Part shown: in pieces, positions 49,901 to 61,836 of the stretch | Layout of the letters: each line of letters begins with the position of its first letter | Numbering within the stretch: the first letter of the stretch is position 1 | Assembly (NCBI RefSeq): GCF_963921235.1 | Contig: NC_086108.1 | Location: forward strand, 67,706,001 to 67,770,000 | Direction of reading: 5' to 3' | Length of the DNA stretch: 64,000 bases | Source: Mobula hypostoma | Lineage: Eukaryota | Translations under genes and position numbers: made by a program | Notes under the pieces: generated by a model | What the model was told of the DNA's origin: nothing | The model's input: only the letters and a program-made list of their open reading frames with translations | Database searches by the model: none

Positions 49901-50258
49901 ATCCTGTCGGAACAGGTCCCACCTTCCCTGCAACAAGGTGAGGGGTCTTGGCCCGAAACGTCGACTGTACCTCTTCCTAGAGATGCTGCCTGGCCTGCTG
50001 CGTTCACCAACAACTTTGATGTGTGTGACAGTCATCTGCTGCTCAGGCTTGCTATTCCCTGCTTAGGCTTGCTATTCCCTTTTTTATCCATGCACAGGCC
50101 GACCTTCACGCGATTGCGCAGTCGTGCCCCGTTCAAACTGCAAAAGAAATGACCTTCCCCTCCTCCATCTGCTCGCTTTTTACACTCTCCCGCTGTCTCA
50201 CAGGCCGACCTTCACGCGCTTGCGCAGTCGTGCCCCGTTCAAACTGCCAAAGAAATGA
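46903..50258 (-). mobile_element. CR1 LINE 'B', near full length: putative 5' UTR, end of esterase ORF1, APE-RT ORF2 (decayed)
   Basis: WDLFRQDGLHLNWRG (SGNH-esterase-type ORF1 end), YFNAGSI, AITETWL, SDH, SGVPQG, KVADD; TAGAA-type tail at 46903-46930. Confidence 0.92.
49941..50027 (+). repeat. Penelope family A repeat remnant lacking the CTGACGA box
   Basis: GGGTCTTGGCCCGAAACGTCGACTG...CTTTGATGTGTGT; no TSD seen. Confidence 0.88.
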
Positions 50259-50701
50259 CATCTGTACCTACTTCCAAGCACCTTAAAACTGTACCCTCCC
50301 GTGCTAGCCATTTTAGCACTGGGAAAAAGCTTCTGACTATCCAAATGATCAATGCCTCTCATCATCTTGTACACCTCTATCAGGTCACCTCTCATCCTCT
50401 GTCGCTCCAAGGAGAAAAGGCCGTGTTCTCTCAACCTATTCTCATAAGGCATGCTCCCCAATCCAGACAACATCCTTATAAATCTCCTCTGCACCCTTTC
50501 TATGGTTTCCACATCCTTTCTATAGTGAGGCGACCAGAGCTGACCAGGGTCCTATATCGCTGCAACATTACCTCTCAGCTCCTAAACTCAGTCTCACGAT
50601 TGATGAAGGCCAATGCACCATATGCTTTCTTAACCTCAGAGTCAACCTGCACAGCAGCTTTGAGTGTCCTATGGACTCAGACCCCAAGATCCCTCTGATC
50701 C

Positions 50702-52008
50702 TGTCACAGTGGGGTGCTGGGAATGGACCCAAATGCAAGACACAGACACTGAAGTACAAGGAACAGGACTTGACTAGAGTAGGTACGTGACAGGATACAG
50801 GCAAGGAGCAGGGACAAGAACGCAGACTTGGGCTAGGGAAAGCCAGACCAGGACTAGAAACCATGGACTAGAAGACAAGGCTTCGACTCCGAGCCCGAGA
50901 CTGGACAAGGACCCAGAACCTGTGTCTTGCCTCGGGCTCGGACCCCAGAACCAGGCAAGGACATGACATGGCTACAGGACAGGACGTGGCTAGGGTCTAG
51001 AGGCCTGCGCTTGGAGACAGGCTGGTGTCTTTGCTCTTGAGGCTTGAGGCTGGGGCCTTGGGTTCTTGGAGCTTGTTCTGCGGATACTCAAGGCTTGGGA
51101 TCCTGAGCTTGGCCGCCGGCTGGGGTCTGGGGTCGTGAGCTTGGCCGCCGGCTGGGGTCTGGGGTCGTGAGCTTGGCCGCCGGCTGGGGTCTGGGGTCGT
51201 GAGCTTGCAGAGGTTGATAACTCGGAGGCTGGAACTCGGAGACAGACTGAGAACTGTACATTAACATAGAGCCAGGACTTATCCTTTAAAAAGCCGGGAC
51301 TCATCTTTAACACGACACCAACATGAGACACGACAGTACATAGACATAGAGCCGGGACTTATACTTAGACAAGCCTGGACTCAACTTCTCCACAACAAGG
51401 TGGGACAGGTCCATCCGTCAGGTAATGGCAGAATGGCCGGACTTACCCAACAGAGGCAAAGACAAGACAAGACAGATCCCTCCACAGGGCAACGACTAAA
51501 TGGCCTGACTTACCCCACAGAGGCGAGGACAAGACAAGACAAGACCAAAGAACAAAGAACGACAGACTGTTCCATCTCTGCTCCGGGGTAGCTCTAAGTC
51601 TCAGTTTGGCCAGCAACCTCAGCTGGCTACAGAAACAGCCAGATCCATACCTAACTCAGAGTAGCTGGCAGCCACTCAGTTGGCCCGGGAACCAGCCGAA
51701 TCCATACCGCAAAGACAGCTCCAACCACTGACAGCAAGGCTCCATGAGGGGATGGTTCCCCAATGTGACCTAAAGATGGCAATTGGTGGCTCTAACCTTC
51801 CACCAGCAGGTTGCTCTCAGGGGAACTGACAAGCCAAACCAGCAGCTCACTTTCGACCCCAAGGCCACTTATATTCCAAGCCCCAAGATGTGGATCGGGT
51901 GCCTATGATTAACTCAACCAAACGAGGGACAGCTGGAAGACCCGGAGTCCTGAGTCCACGGACCGGACCGTGAACCGGAATGCGGACTTCACAGACCAGA
52001 CCATGATA
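50702..52008 (-). mobile_element. Solo LTR (Gypsy-like), 1307 bp
   Basis: Termini TGTCA...TGATA; 5-bp TSD GATCC (50697-50701, 52009-52013); splits CR1 'A'; minus-strand TATAAG near 51870. Orientation is tentative. Confidence 0.85.
51105..51207. repeat. 32-bp GC-rich tandem repeat, three perfect copies plus a partial
   Basis: GAGCTTGGCCGCCGGCTGGGGTCTGGGGTCGT starting at 51105, 51137 and 51169. Confidence 0.97.
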
Positions 52009-53343
52009 GATCCTCCACACAGCCAAAAGTCTTACCATTAATATTATATTTTGTCATCATATTTGACCTACCAAAATGAACCACCTGGGTTGAACTCCAC
52101 CTGCCACTTCTCAGCCCAGTTTTGCATCCTATTGATGTCCCGCTGTAAGCCCTGACAGCCCTCCACCTTTGTGTCATTGGCAAATTTACTAACCCATCCC
52201 TCCCCTTCTTCATCCAGGTCATTTATAAAATTCACGAAGAGTAGGGGTCCCAGAACAGATCCATGAGGCACACCACTGGTCACTGACTTCCATGCAGAAT
52301 ATGACCTATCTACAACCACTCTTTGCCTTCTGTGGGCAAGCCAGTTCTGGATCCACAAAGCAATGTCCCCTTGAATCCCATGCCTCCTTGCTTTCTCAAT
52401 AAGTCTTGTATGAGGTACCTTGTCAAATGCCCTGCTGAAATCCATATTTACTACATTTACTGTTCTACCATCATCAATGTGTTTAGTCATATCCTCAAAA
52501 AATTCAATCAGGCTCATAAGGCATGACCTGCCCTTCACAAAGCCATGCTGACTATTCCTAATCATATTATGCCTCTTCAGATGTTCATAAATCCTGCCCC
52601 TCAGTATCTTCTCCTTCAACTTACCAACCACTGAAGTAAGACTCACTGGTCTATAATTTCCTGGGCTATCTCTACTCCCTTTCTTGAATAATGGAACAAC
52701 ATCCGCAACCCTCCAATCCTCCAGAACCTCTCCTGTCCCCATTGATAATGCAAAGATCGTCGCCAGAGGCTCAGCAATCTCCTTACTCGCCTCCCACAGT
52801 AGCTTAGGGTACATCTCATCCGGTCCCAGTGACTTATCCAACTTGACGCTTTCCAAAAGCTCCAGTACATTCTCTTTCTTAATATCTACATGCTCAAGCT
52901 TTTCAGTCCATTGTAAGTCATCCCTACAATCGTCAAGATCGTTTTCCGTAGTGAATACTGAAGCAAAGTACTAATTAAGTACCTCTGCTGTCTCCTCCGC
53001 CTCCATACACACTTTTCCACTGTCACACTTGATTGGTCCTATTCTCTTACGTCTTATCCTCTTGCTATTAACGTACTTGTAGAATGCCTTGAGGTTTTCC
53101 TTAATCCTGTCTGCCAAGGCCTTCTCTTGGCTCCTTCTGGCTCTCCTAATTTCTTTCTTAAGCTCCTTCCTGGTAGCCTTATAATCTTCTAGCTCTCTAT
53201 CATTACACAGCATTTTGAACCTTTCGTAAGCTCTTCTTTTCTTCTTGACTAGATTAATAACAGCCTTTGTACCGCACTGTTCCTGCACCTTACCATCCTT
53301 TCCCTGTCTCATTGGAACATACCTCTGCATAACTATACGTAAA

Positions 53344-54023
53344 GCTCTCGGGAGGGTGGAGAAAATGGTGGCGTGACGACAGCGCACGCGGCCACTTCGA
53401 TGATGAGTATCCGTTATTTGTCAAGTAGGGGACTCTGTACAATCCTGATTTGATGGAGACAGACGTGAGAGCACAGCGGAACATCTGGAAAACTTCTGAA
53501 ATGTCTGCTTTGCTACCACTGCTACTGTGTGGTAACTGGAATCTCTGGAGCTGAAGGCCCCGAAATCCTCGGCTTAGCGTGTTTCAGCAGCTGGGGCAAG
53601 GTCGGAGGCGCTTGGCCGAGGATGGCACTCGGGAGGCTGCTCAGAAGCTCGGAGTTTTCGGATGGTTGGACTCAGGGTCGGCTGGGGTCGGCTGCTTCCA
53701 AGGTATCAGCAAGTTGACGGTGCCTGGAGGTTTATGGCAGGGAGTTTCTCCCTTTTGCCGCCTGCTATCGGGGACTTGGGAGTCGATCGGCTCAGGACTT
53801 TGAGACTATTTTTTTTACTGTGCCTATGGTCTGCTCTTTATCAAGTTATAGTATTGCTTTGCACTGCTGTAACTATATGTTATAATTATGTGGTTTTGTC
53901 AGTGTTAGTCTTTGGTCTGTCTTGTTTTCTGTGATATCACACCAGAGAAACATCGTATAATTTCTTAATGCATGTATGCATTTCTAAATGACAATAAAAG
54001 AGGACTGAGTGTTCTCATAATCT
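53344..54023 (+). mobile_element. Non-coding, CpG-rich retroposon inserted in CR1 'A'
   Basis: Interrupts CR1 at ...CGTAAA|TATCCCCTGAAC; 5' GAAAATGGTGGCG, 3' GACAATAAAAG. Confidence 0.75.
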
Positions 54024-54759
54024 AAATATCCCCTGAACATTTGCCACATCTCTTCCATACATTTCCCTGAGAACATTTGTTTCCAATTTATGCTTCCAAG
54101 TCCCTGCCTGATAGCCTCATATTTCCCCTTACTCCAATTAAATGCTTTCTTAACTTGTCTGTTCCAATCCCTCTTCAATGTTATGGTGAAGGAGATAGAA
54201 TTGTGATCACTATCTCCAAAATGCTCTCCCACTGAGAGATCTGACACCTGGGCAGGTTCATTTCCCAATACCAGATCAAGTACAGCCTCTCCTCTTGTAG
54301 GCTTATCTACATATTGTGTCAAGAAACCTTCTTGAACACACCTAACAAACTCCACCCCATCTAAACCCCTCACTCTAGGGACATGCCAATTGATATTTGA
54401 GAAATTGAAATCTCCCACCACGACAACCCTGTTATTATTACACCTTTCCAGAACCTGTCTCCCTATCTTCTCCTCAATGTCCCTGTTACTATTGGGTGGT
54501 ATATAAAAAACACCCAGTAGAGTTATTAGCCCCTTTCTGTTCCTAACTTCCACCCACAGAGACTCTGTAGACAATCCCTCCATGTCTTCCTCCTTTTCTG
54601 CAGCCGCGACACTATCTTTGATCAACAGTGCCACGTCCCCACCTCTTTTGCCTCCCTCCCTCTGTCCTTTCTGAAACATCTAAAGCCTAGCACTCAAAGT
54701 AACCATTCCTGTCCCTGAGCCATCCAAGTCTCTGTAATGGCCACAACCCCATAAAAGCT

Positions 54760-55610
54760 CCTTTTATGGAGCTTTGCCAATGCTACTGAGATGGGTTTGA
54801 ATTAGTCTGGCAGGGGAGTGGGAGTACTGCTGTTTGGGAGGTTGAGTCATATGTGGGAAGTAGAGCAGTCAAGTTTAGTGGGAACATTGAGCAGGAAGGG
54901 AAGTCTGAGAGGTCTTCAAAATGAAGACTTATCTGCATTTTATGGAAAGAAATTCACAGGTAAGATGGATGGTGCATAATATTGTTATAATGACGGAAGC
55001 ATGGCTGAGGAAATGGCAGGACTGAATGCTCAGTGCTGCGGGGAATGGGGGGCATGACAAAGAGCGGCGCAAAAAATGGGGTTCTACAATGCTGATCAGG
55101 GAGAGTGTCACTGGAGTACTTGGGGAGGATATCCTACAGGGTTTAGCTAATGAGACTATGCAGATCAGATTAGCTAATGAGACTAATAAGAAATGTGTGA
55201 ACACTTTGATGAGGCTATACTATGGATCTCCCGATAGTCAACATACATTAGAAGAACTGACATGTATAAGGATGGGGATAGAGCATAAAAGCTTTCGTGT
55301 TGCAGTAAAAGGGAATTTTATTTTTTGCAATATTGACTGGGATTGCTTCTGTGCAAGTGGCCTAGGGGGAGAGGAACTTCTGAAGTGCATTCAGGAGTAT
55401 TTTTTTCCTGAAGCAGTATATATAGAGTGCTACTAGAGAGGGGGCTGTGCTTGACCTATGGAATGAAGACAGACAATTGATTGGTGTTTCTGTGGGGGAG
55501 TCTTTTGGGAATATTGATCCTGAAATGGTAAGTTTCAGAGTCATCATGCAAGGAGATAAATTTGATCATTGATGTAGGGTCCTAAATTGGGGGAAGGTAG
55601 ATTTTGATAT
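54760..55610 (+). mobile_element. Old CR1 endonuclease remnant
   Basis: YYGSPDS, KGNF...NIDWD and LLKCIQE motifs in ORF 55026-55436. Confidence 0.7.
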
Positions 55611-56871
55611 AACATATATCAAACCAATAGGCAGCATTTTAAACGGAATTTTACAGTAAGAGTTAAAAGTGTTTTTTTTTATTGATATTTTCAAATGATC
55701 CTTTTCACAACATAAATGACATTGACTCAATACTTTTTATATCCCGCTACTTGGTAATTTGAGGATGATGGTGCATTGTACATCTCTGCTGGGAAATGCA
55801 ATCAAATGTGTACAATCCGGTTCTACAGATTAGTCATACTGTGTCACTAAATACAGCAAACTTCCTGGCATTTCCAACAGCTTGGCTACTGACTCACTTA
55901 TAAAACTGAATGATATGGTTTATCAAGTGCCAAAACACTAACTACTAAAGCTACTTAAAGGCAAAAGCAATATTATAACCAATACTTCATTACTTATATA
56001 ATTGAATATTAATAAATAGATAATAAAAAGTGTTTTAAATAATTATATTTGAAAAGTCATCATCTTTCCATTTTTGTTTTCTTAGACTTAACATCATGAT
56101 CAGTAAATCTTAATAATAATGAGGATAATGGACAGCTGATCACTCAAGGCAGTGATATTTCCGGGGCAGGTCTTGAAATGAGTGAGAGTTTCTTTTATTA
56201 GCCTACTCAAAGTGCTTGACATCTGTTCTATGTAGCAGCTCTATAATCTGAACCAATATTGGCTTAGGAATTGGTTCAACATTGTGAGGAATTGAGTCCA
56301 TAAATATGCCCAACTTCGCGAATGAAAAAAATAGCTGAATCTAATTCACCCCTCACCCACAAAACCCCCACTAGCATACTGAGGTAAAAATACATTCATG
56401 GAAAATGCTATGTTCTGTGACCTTTGCATCATGAAAAGTCAATATTGCAACCTATGATTATCAAAGAGCATTATAGAGGTATACAAAATACTGTTTAATT
56501 TTTGAAATTAATAGACTTCCGTCCACTTGCCTACTTTTACATTGGTGCAAAGTTCTAATGTGTGAGATGAACAAACTGCCATTCACTTTCAATGGGAAAT
56601 ATCTACATGCAAGCAATTCAATTGCTCATTTGGATGAAACTGCTTAAAACATAATAATAATCTAGGTTTAATTTCACGAACAAATGTTTAGATGTATGTA
56701 TTTGAAACCATATATTGTTTCACTTCTCACTACATGCATGCATCTTGCTTTGGTTGGCAAGTATTCAGAGTCATACAGCATGGAAACAAGACTTCTGGCC
56801 CACCAAGAACGCACCAAGCATCAAATGTTCATTTACATGAATGCTATTTTAAACCCATTTTATTTTTCTTA

Positions 56872-57925
56872 GACCTGGAACTCAACATTCCACTTGCAAT
56901 TGGATTCTTGACTTCCTGACCAAAAGATCACAATCATTAAGGATAGGCAGTAACATCTCCACCATGATTATGATTATTCTAAGCACTGATGCTCCACAAG
57001 GCTGTGTCCTCAGCTCCCTACACTACCCCCTGTACACTCAAGTGTGTGGCCAGATTCCACTCTAACATTATCTACATGTTTGCCAATGACATTACTGTAG
57101 TGGGCTGGATCACAAATAACAGTGAGATGGGAGTACAGGAAGGAGACAGATGGCCTAATGAATTGACGTCATGACAAAAACCTTTCCCTCGATGTGAGTG
57201 ACTTCAGGAAGGAGAAATGCACACTTTCTCCTGTCTCTATCAATAGTACGGAGGTTGAGAGGATTGTGAGCTTCAGGTTCCAAGGAATGAACATCACCAA
57301 TAGGCTGTAATAGTCCAACCCACAAAGGAACCATGGCCAAGAAAGCACCTCCACTTCCTCAGGAGGTTGAAGAAATTTCACATGTTCATTTTGGCCCTCA
57401 CTGTTTTTTAATCAACACATCAGATTAAGCATCCTAACTATGGCAACTGCTCTGCCCGTGACCACAAGAAACTGCAGAGTTTTGGATGTGGCTCAGTACA
57501 TCATGGAAATCAGCCTCCACTCCATGGACTCTGTCTATACTTCTCATACCTTGGTAAAGCAGCCAGCATAATTAAATACCCCACCCACCAAGGACATTCA
57601 CTCTTCTCACCCCTCTCATCAGGCAGAAGATACAAAAGCCAAAAAGCACATACCAGCAGATTCAAGCTCAGCTTTTACCCCACTGTTGTAAGACTATTGA
57701 ATGGTCACCCAGTACAGCAAGATGTACAATCTACCATATTATGGTCTTGCACCTCACTGTCTGCCTGCACTGCACTTTCTCTGCAACTAAAACACTTAGT
57801 CTGTTATTATTTTCCTTTACACTACCCTACTGCACCGTTGTAATGAAATGATCTGTGTGAATGGCATGCAAAACAAAGTTTTTCACTGTACTTTAGTTCA
57901 TGTAACAATAATGAACCAATTTATC
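56872..57925 (+). mobile_element. Rex1/Babar LINE decayed 3' part
   Basis: TGCAATTGGATTCTTGACTTCCTG, APQGCVLS, MFAND; similar to 8480-9495. Confidence 0.85.
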
Positions 57926-58672
57926 AATGTGCTCACCTACATGCTGGGGGTAATTTACAGTGGCTAGGTGCTCATGATCTCACATATCCTTGGAAAGTGG
58001 AAGAAGACGCATGCAGCCTCTGAGAGAATGTTCAACGTCTACACAGGCATATCGGAGATTAGAATAGAATCTAATTCAATGGATACCACTGAAATGAAAA
58101 TACACCAGGCATTATTACAGGTATCACCAAATATGAAGTTTTGTGCTTGGTTATAATTATGGATTAACCACTGTATGAACAAACAGAAGAGGTGTGGTCT
58201 CAGAATGAAATGTAAACATGAATAACAGTCACTATTGGCTACCTAATATTTTTAAATAACTTGCCACTAAGTTATCTCACAAATTAGGATTTTACTCTGA
58301 TTTACTGTAAGTTTTTCAAGTGTCATGTTAGCACACATTTGCACTATCAAGTTTTCTCTGCAAGAAAAGAAAATGAACATTTAGTTGCTTGTGTGGTGTT
58401 GATTAAGATAGAAACATCCTTTTTTTATTTTTAATGTGTCTTAGTTATTTTTAATGTGTTGAAAAATCCTCAGTTATTTTTTGAATGGGGACTTGTTTCT
58501 GCACAATGCTGGAAGCCTGACTTGGGTAGATAATGTTTAACTACTTTACTTATTGTCTCTCTTTGTCGACCACGTACAGCATCTTGCAGAGGTGTCAACC
58601 TCTTTCCCATCCTGCTCCCCTCAGCTCAGAAAGTTCTCCAACTTAACGCTCTCCGATCTACCAACCTGTTGA

Positions 58673-59392
58673 TAAGACCATAAGAATTAGGCCATTCAGC
58701 CCATCAAATCTGCTCTGCTATTCCATCGTGGCTGATCCGGATCCCACTCAAGCTTATACACTTGCCTTCTCGCCATATCCTTTGATGCCCTGACCAATCA
58801 GGAAATGATCAACTTCCGTTTTAAATATACCCATGCACTTGGCCTCCACCGCAGTCTGTGGCAGAGCATTCCACAGATTTACTACTCTTTCGCTAAAAAG
58901 TTTCTCCTTACCTCTGCTTTAAAGGGTCGCCCTTCAATTTTGAGGCAGTGTCCTCTAGTTCTGGATACACCCACCAAAGGAAACATCCTCTCCACATCTA
59001 CCCTCTCTAGTCCTTTCAATATTTGGTAGGTTTCAATAAGATCCCCCTGTATTTTTCTAAACTCCAGTGAGTGCAAGCCCAAAGATGCCAAACGTTCCTC
59101 ATATGTTAACCCCTTCATTCCTGGAATCATCCTCATGAACCTCCTCTGGACTCTTATAATGACAACACATCCTTTCTGAGATATGGCGCCCAAAACTGTT
59201 GACAATACTCTGTGTGGCCTGAATAGTGTCTTATAAAGGCTCAACACTATCTCCTTGCTTTTAAATTCTGCTCCCATTGAAATAAATGCCAACATTACAT
59301 TTGCCTTCTTTACCACAAACTTAAACATCTGGGAGTCTTGCACGAGGGCTCCCAAGTTCTTCTGGACCTTTGATGTTTGAACCTTCTCCCCA
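58673..59392 (-). mobile_element. CR1 LINE 3' fragment
   Basis: ORF 58882-59355(-) RVQRRFMRMIPG...SRTRGHCLKI; ATAAGACC tail. Confidence 0.92.
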
Positions 59393-60827
59393 TCATCCTA
59401 ACTGCCAGCAGCCCACATCCAGCCTGCACTGGCCCGTCTCCCAACTCTTCATGGTCTTAGATTGCTGACCATGCTCACAACTAGCAACACCCCCCCCCCA
59501 CCCCCCGACCCCACTGCCTACCAATCACCTGAACACCCTACATTTCCTCAACCAGCAATTGGGTCCTCCGATCTCTGTCCGTGTAAGACTTTTCAACAAG
59601 CTGTTTAAATTTTGTATCTAAACCGCTAACAACTCAGTGTTTTGACTGAGACAATTAGAGACAATGTTTCTTTAGCTGTTGGGTTCCTTAACTGTTTACT
59701 TGAAATTCTTACCCTTAAATTTATCAAAAAAATTTAATTCATGCCCATAAAAACTGCTCAGAGAATCACTGTAGGGCAGACTGGCACTTAAGTAAGACGT
59801 AGAAGCAGAATTAGGCCATTTGGCCTGTCATGCCTGCTCTGGCATTCTATCATGTCTGATACCTTATCCCTCTGAAACCCACTCTCCTGCCTTCTCCACT
59901 TAACCTTTGACACCCTTACTAATCAAGAACTTACCAACATCTGCTTTAAATATACTCAATGACTTAATATCCACAGCAATCTGTGGCATGAATTCCATAG
60001 ATTCACCACCTCTAACTAAAGAGATTCCTCTAATCTCTGATTTAAAGGGACATCCTTTTATTCTGAGGCTATCTCTGGCCCTAGAATTCCCCTACTATAG
60101 GAAGCCATGCTCTCCACATCCTCTCATCCAAGCCTCAATGAGATTCCTCCCCCTCCCCCCCCGACTTACTTCTAAACTCCAGCAGGTACAGGACCAGAGC
60201 CATCAAACTCTCTTCATACGTTAACCGTTCATTCCCAGGATCGTTCTTGTGAATCTCCTCTGGACCCTCTACAATGCCAGCACACCTTTTCTCAGATAAG
60301 GGGCGAAAAACTGTTCGCAGTTCTCCAAGTGCAGCCTGACCAGTGCCTTATAGAGCCACTCCATTACATCCTTTCATTTATAGTATATTCTAGTCTACTC
60401 AAAACAAATATTAACGTTGCATTTGCCTTCCTTACCATTGACTCAACCTACAAGCTAACCTTTAGGGAATCCTGCACAAGGACTCTCAAGTCCCTTTGCA
60501 CTTCTGATTTCCGAATTTTCTGCCTGTTTAGAAAATAATCTGTACCTTTATTCTTTCTACCAAAGTGCATGACCATACACTTCCCTGCATTGTATTCCAT
60601 CTGCCATTTCTTTGCCTATTCTCCTAGTCTCATACAAACGTAAAATCTTTCTGCAGACTCCCTGCTTTCTCAACACTACCATGTCCAGCACTTATCTTTG
60701 TGTCGTCCACAAACTTTGCCACAAAAACATTAACTTCATCATCTAGATCATTGAGATATAATGTGAAATGAAGTGTTCCAACACCAAGCCCTATGGAACG
60801 CTGCTAGTCACTGGCAGTCAACCAGAA

Positions 60828-61107
60828 ATTTTTATTTATTGAGATACAGAACAGAATGTGCCCTTCCAGCCCTTTGAGCCGTCGCACAGCATCCCCTAAT
60901 TTAACCCTCACCTAATCATGGGACAATTTACAATGACTAATTAATCTGCCAACTGGTACATCTTTGGACTGTGGGAGGAAACCGGAGCACCCGGAGGAAA
61001 CCCATGCGGAGAATATATAAACTCCTTACAGACAGTGGAGGAAATCGACCCTGAGTCACTGGTACTGTAAAGTGTTGTGCTAACTGCTACACTACTGTGC
61101 AGCCCCC
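60828..61107 (-). mobile_element. tRNA-derived V-SINE with CR1-like tail (HE1-like)
   Basis: A-box TAGTGTAGCAGTTAG, B-box-like GGTCGATTTCC, V-domain GGGTTTCCTCCGGGTGCTCCGGTTTCCTCCCACA, AATAAATAAA tail. Confidence 0.9.
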
Positions 61108-61836
61108 TTTGATCCCACTCTTTGCCTCCTGCCACTTAGCCAATCTTGTAACATCTTTCCTGTAATGCTATGGTCTCTCATTTTGTTTAGCAGCTTCATG
61201 TGCGGCCTTCTCAAAATCCAAGTATACACCTTTGTCTATCTTGCCTGTATTTTCCTCAAATAATTCCAACAGATTTTTCAGGTAAGTTTCCCCTTAAGGA
61301 AACTGTGCAGACGTTCAGCTATTTTATCAGGTGCCTTTAAGTACCCCATAACCTCATCCTTAATAATGGACTTCAACATCTTCATAACCGCTGAAGTCAG
61401 GCTAACTGGCCTACAATTTCCTTTCTTCTGTCTCCCTCCCTTCTTAAAGAGTCCAGTGATATTTGCAATCTTCCAGTCCTCCACAAACATTCCAGAATCT
61501 ATGATTCTTGAAAGATCATTACTAATACCTCCATAATCCCTTCAGCTACCTCTTTCAGAGTTCTCAGGCATAGTAAACCTAGTCTAAGTAACTTATTTAC
61601 CTTCAGACCTTTCAGCTTCCTAAGTACCTTCTCCTTAGTAGTAGCAACTACACTTACTTCTGCCCCTGACACTCATAAATTTCTGGCATATTGCTAGTGC
61701 CTTCCACAATGAGAAATGATGCAAAATACTTATTAAGTTCATATGCTATTTTGTTGTCCCCCAATACTACCTCCCCAGTATCGTTTTCCAGCAGACTAAT
61801 ACACACTTCATATATTTGAGAAAAGTATTTGGTATC

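Larger units (their letters stand above)
45206..54750 (-). mobile_element. CR1 LINE 'A' in pieces (45206-45440, 50256-50701, 52009-53343, 54024-54750), host of several nested elements
   Basis: Pieces join collinearly; RT ORF 52068-52856 (NYRPVSLTS, SGVPHGSVLGP, KFAND); APE ORF 53984-54679 (VVGDFN, SDHN). Confidence 0.92.

Noticed and set aside
49941..49966. Active hammerhead ribozyme
   Set aside because: The CTGACGA box is missing. Copies at 30748 (GGAA) and 41531 are also core-mutated, and those at 31941 and 45916 have lost most of the 5' strand of stem I.
51105..51207. 32-bp direct repeats as a CRISPR array
   Set aside because: Units are head-to-tail with no spacers, lie inside an LTR, have no cas genes nearby, and the context is eukaryotic.
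61040..61107. tRNA gene
   Set aside because: The A/B boxes belong to a V-SINE head; no cloverleaf is supportable.
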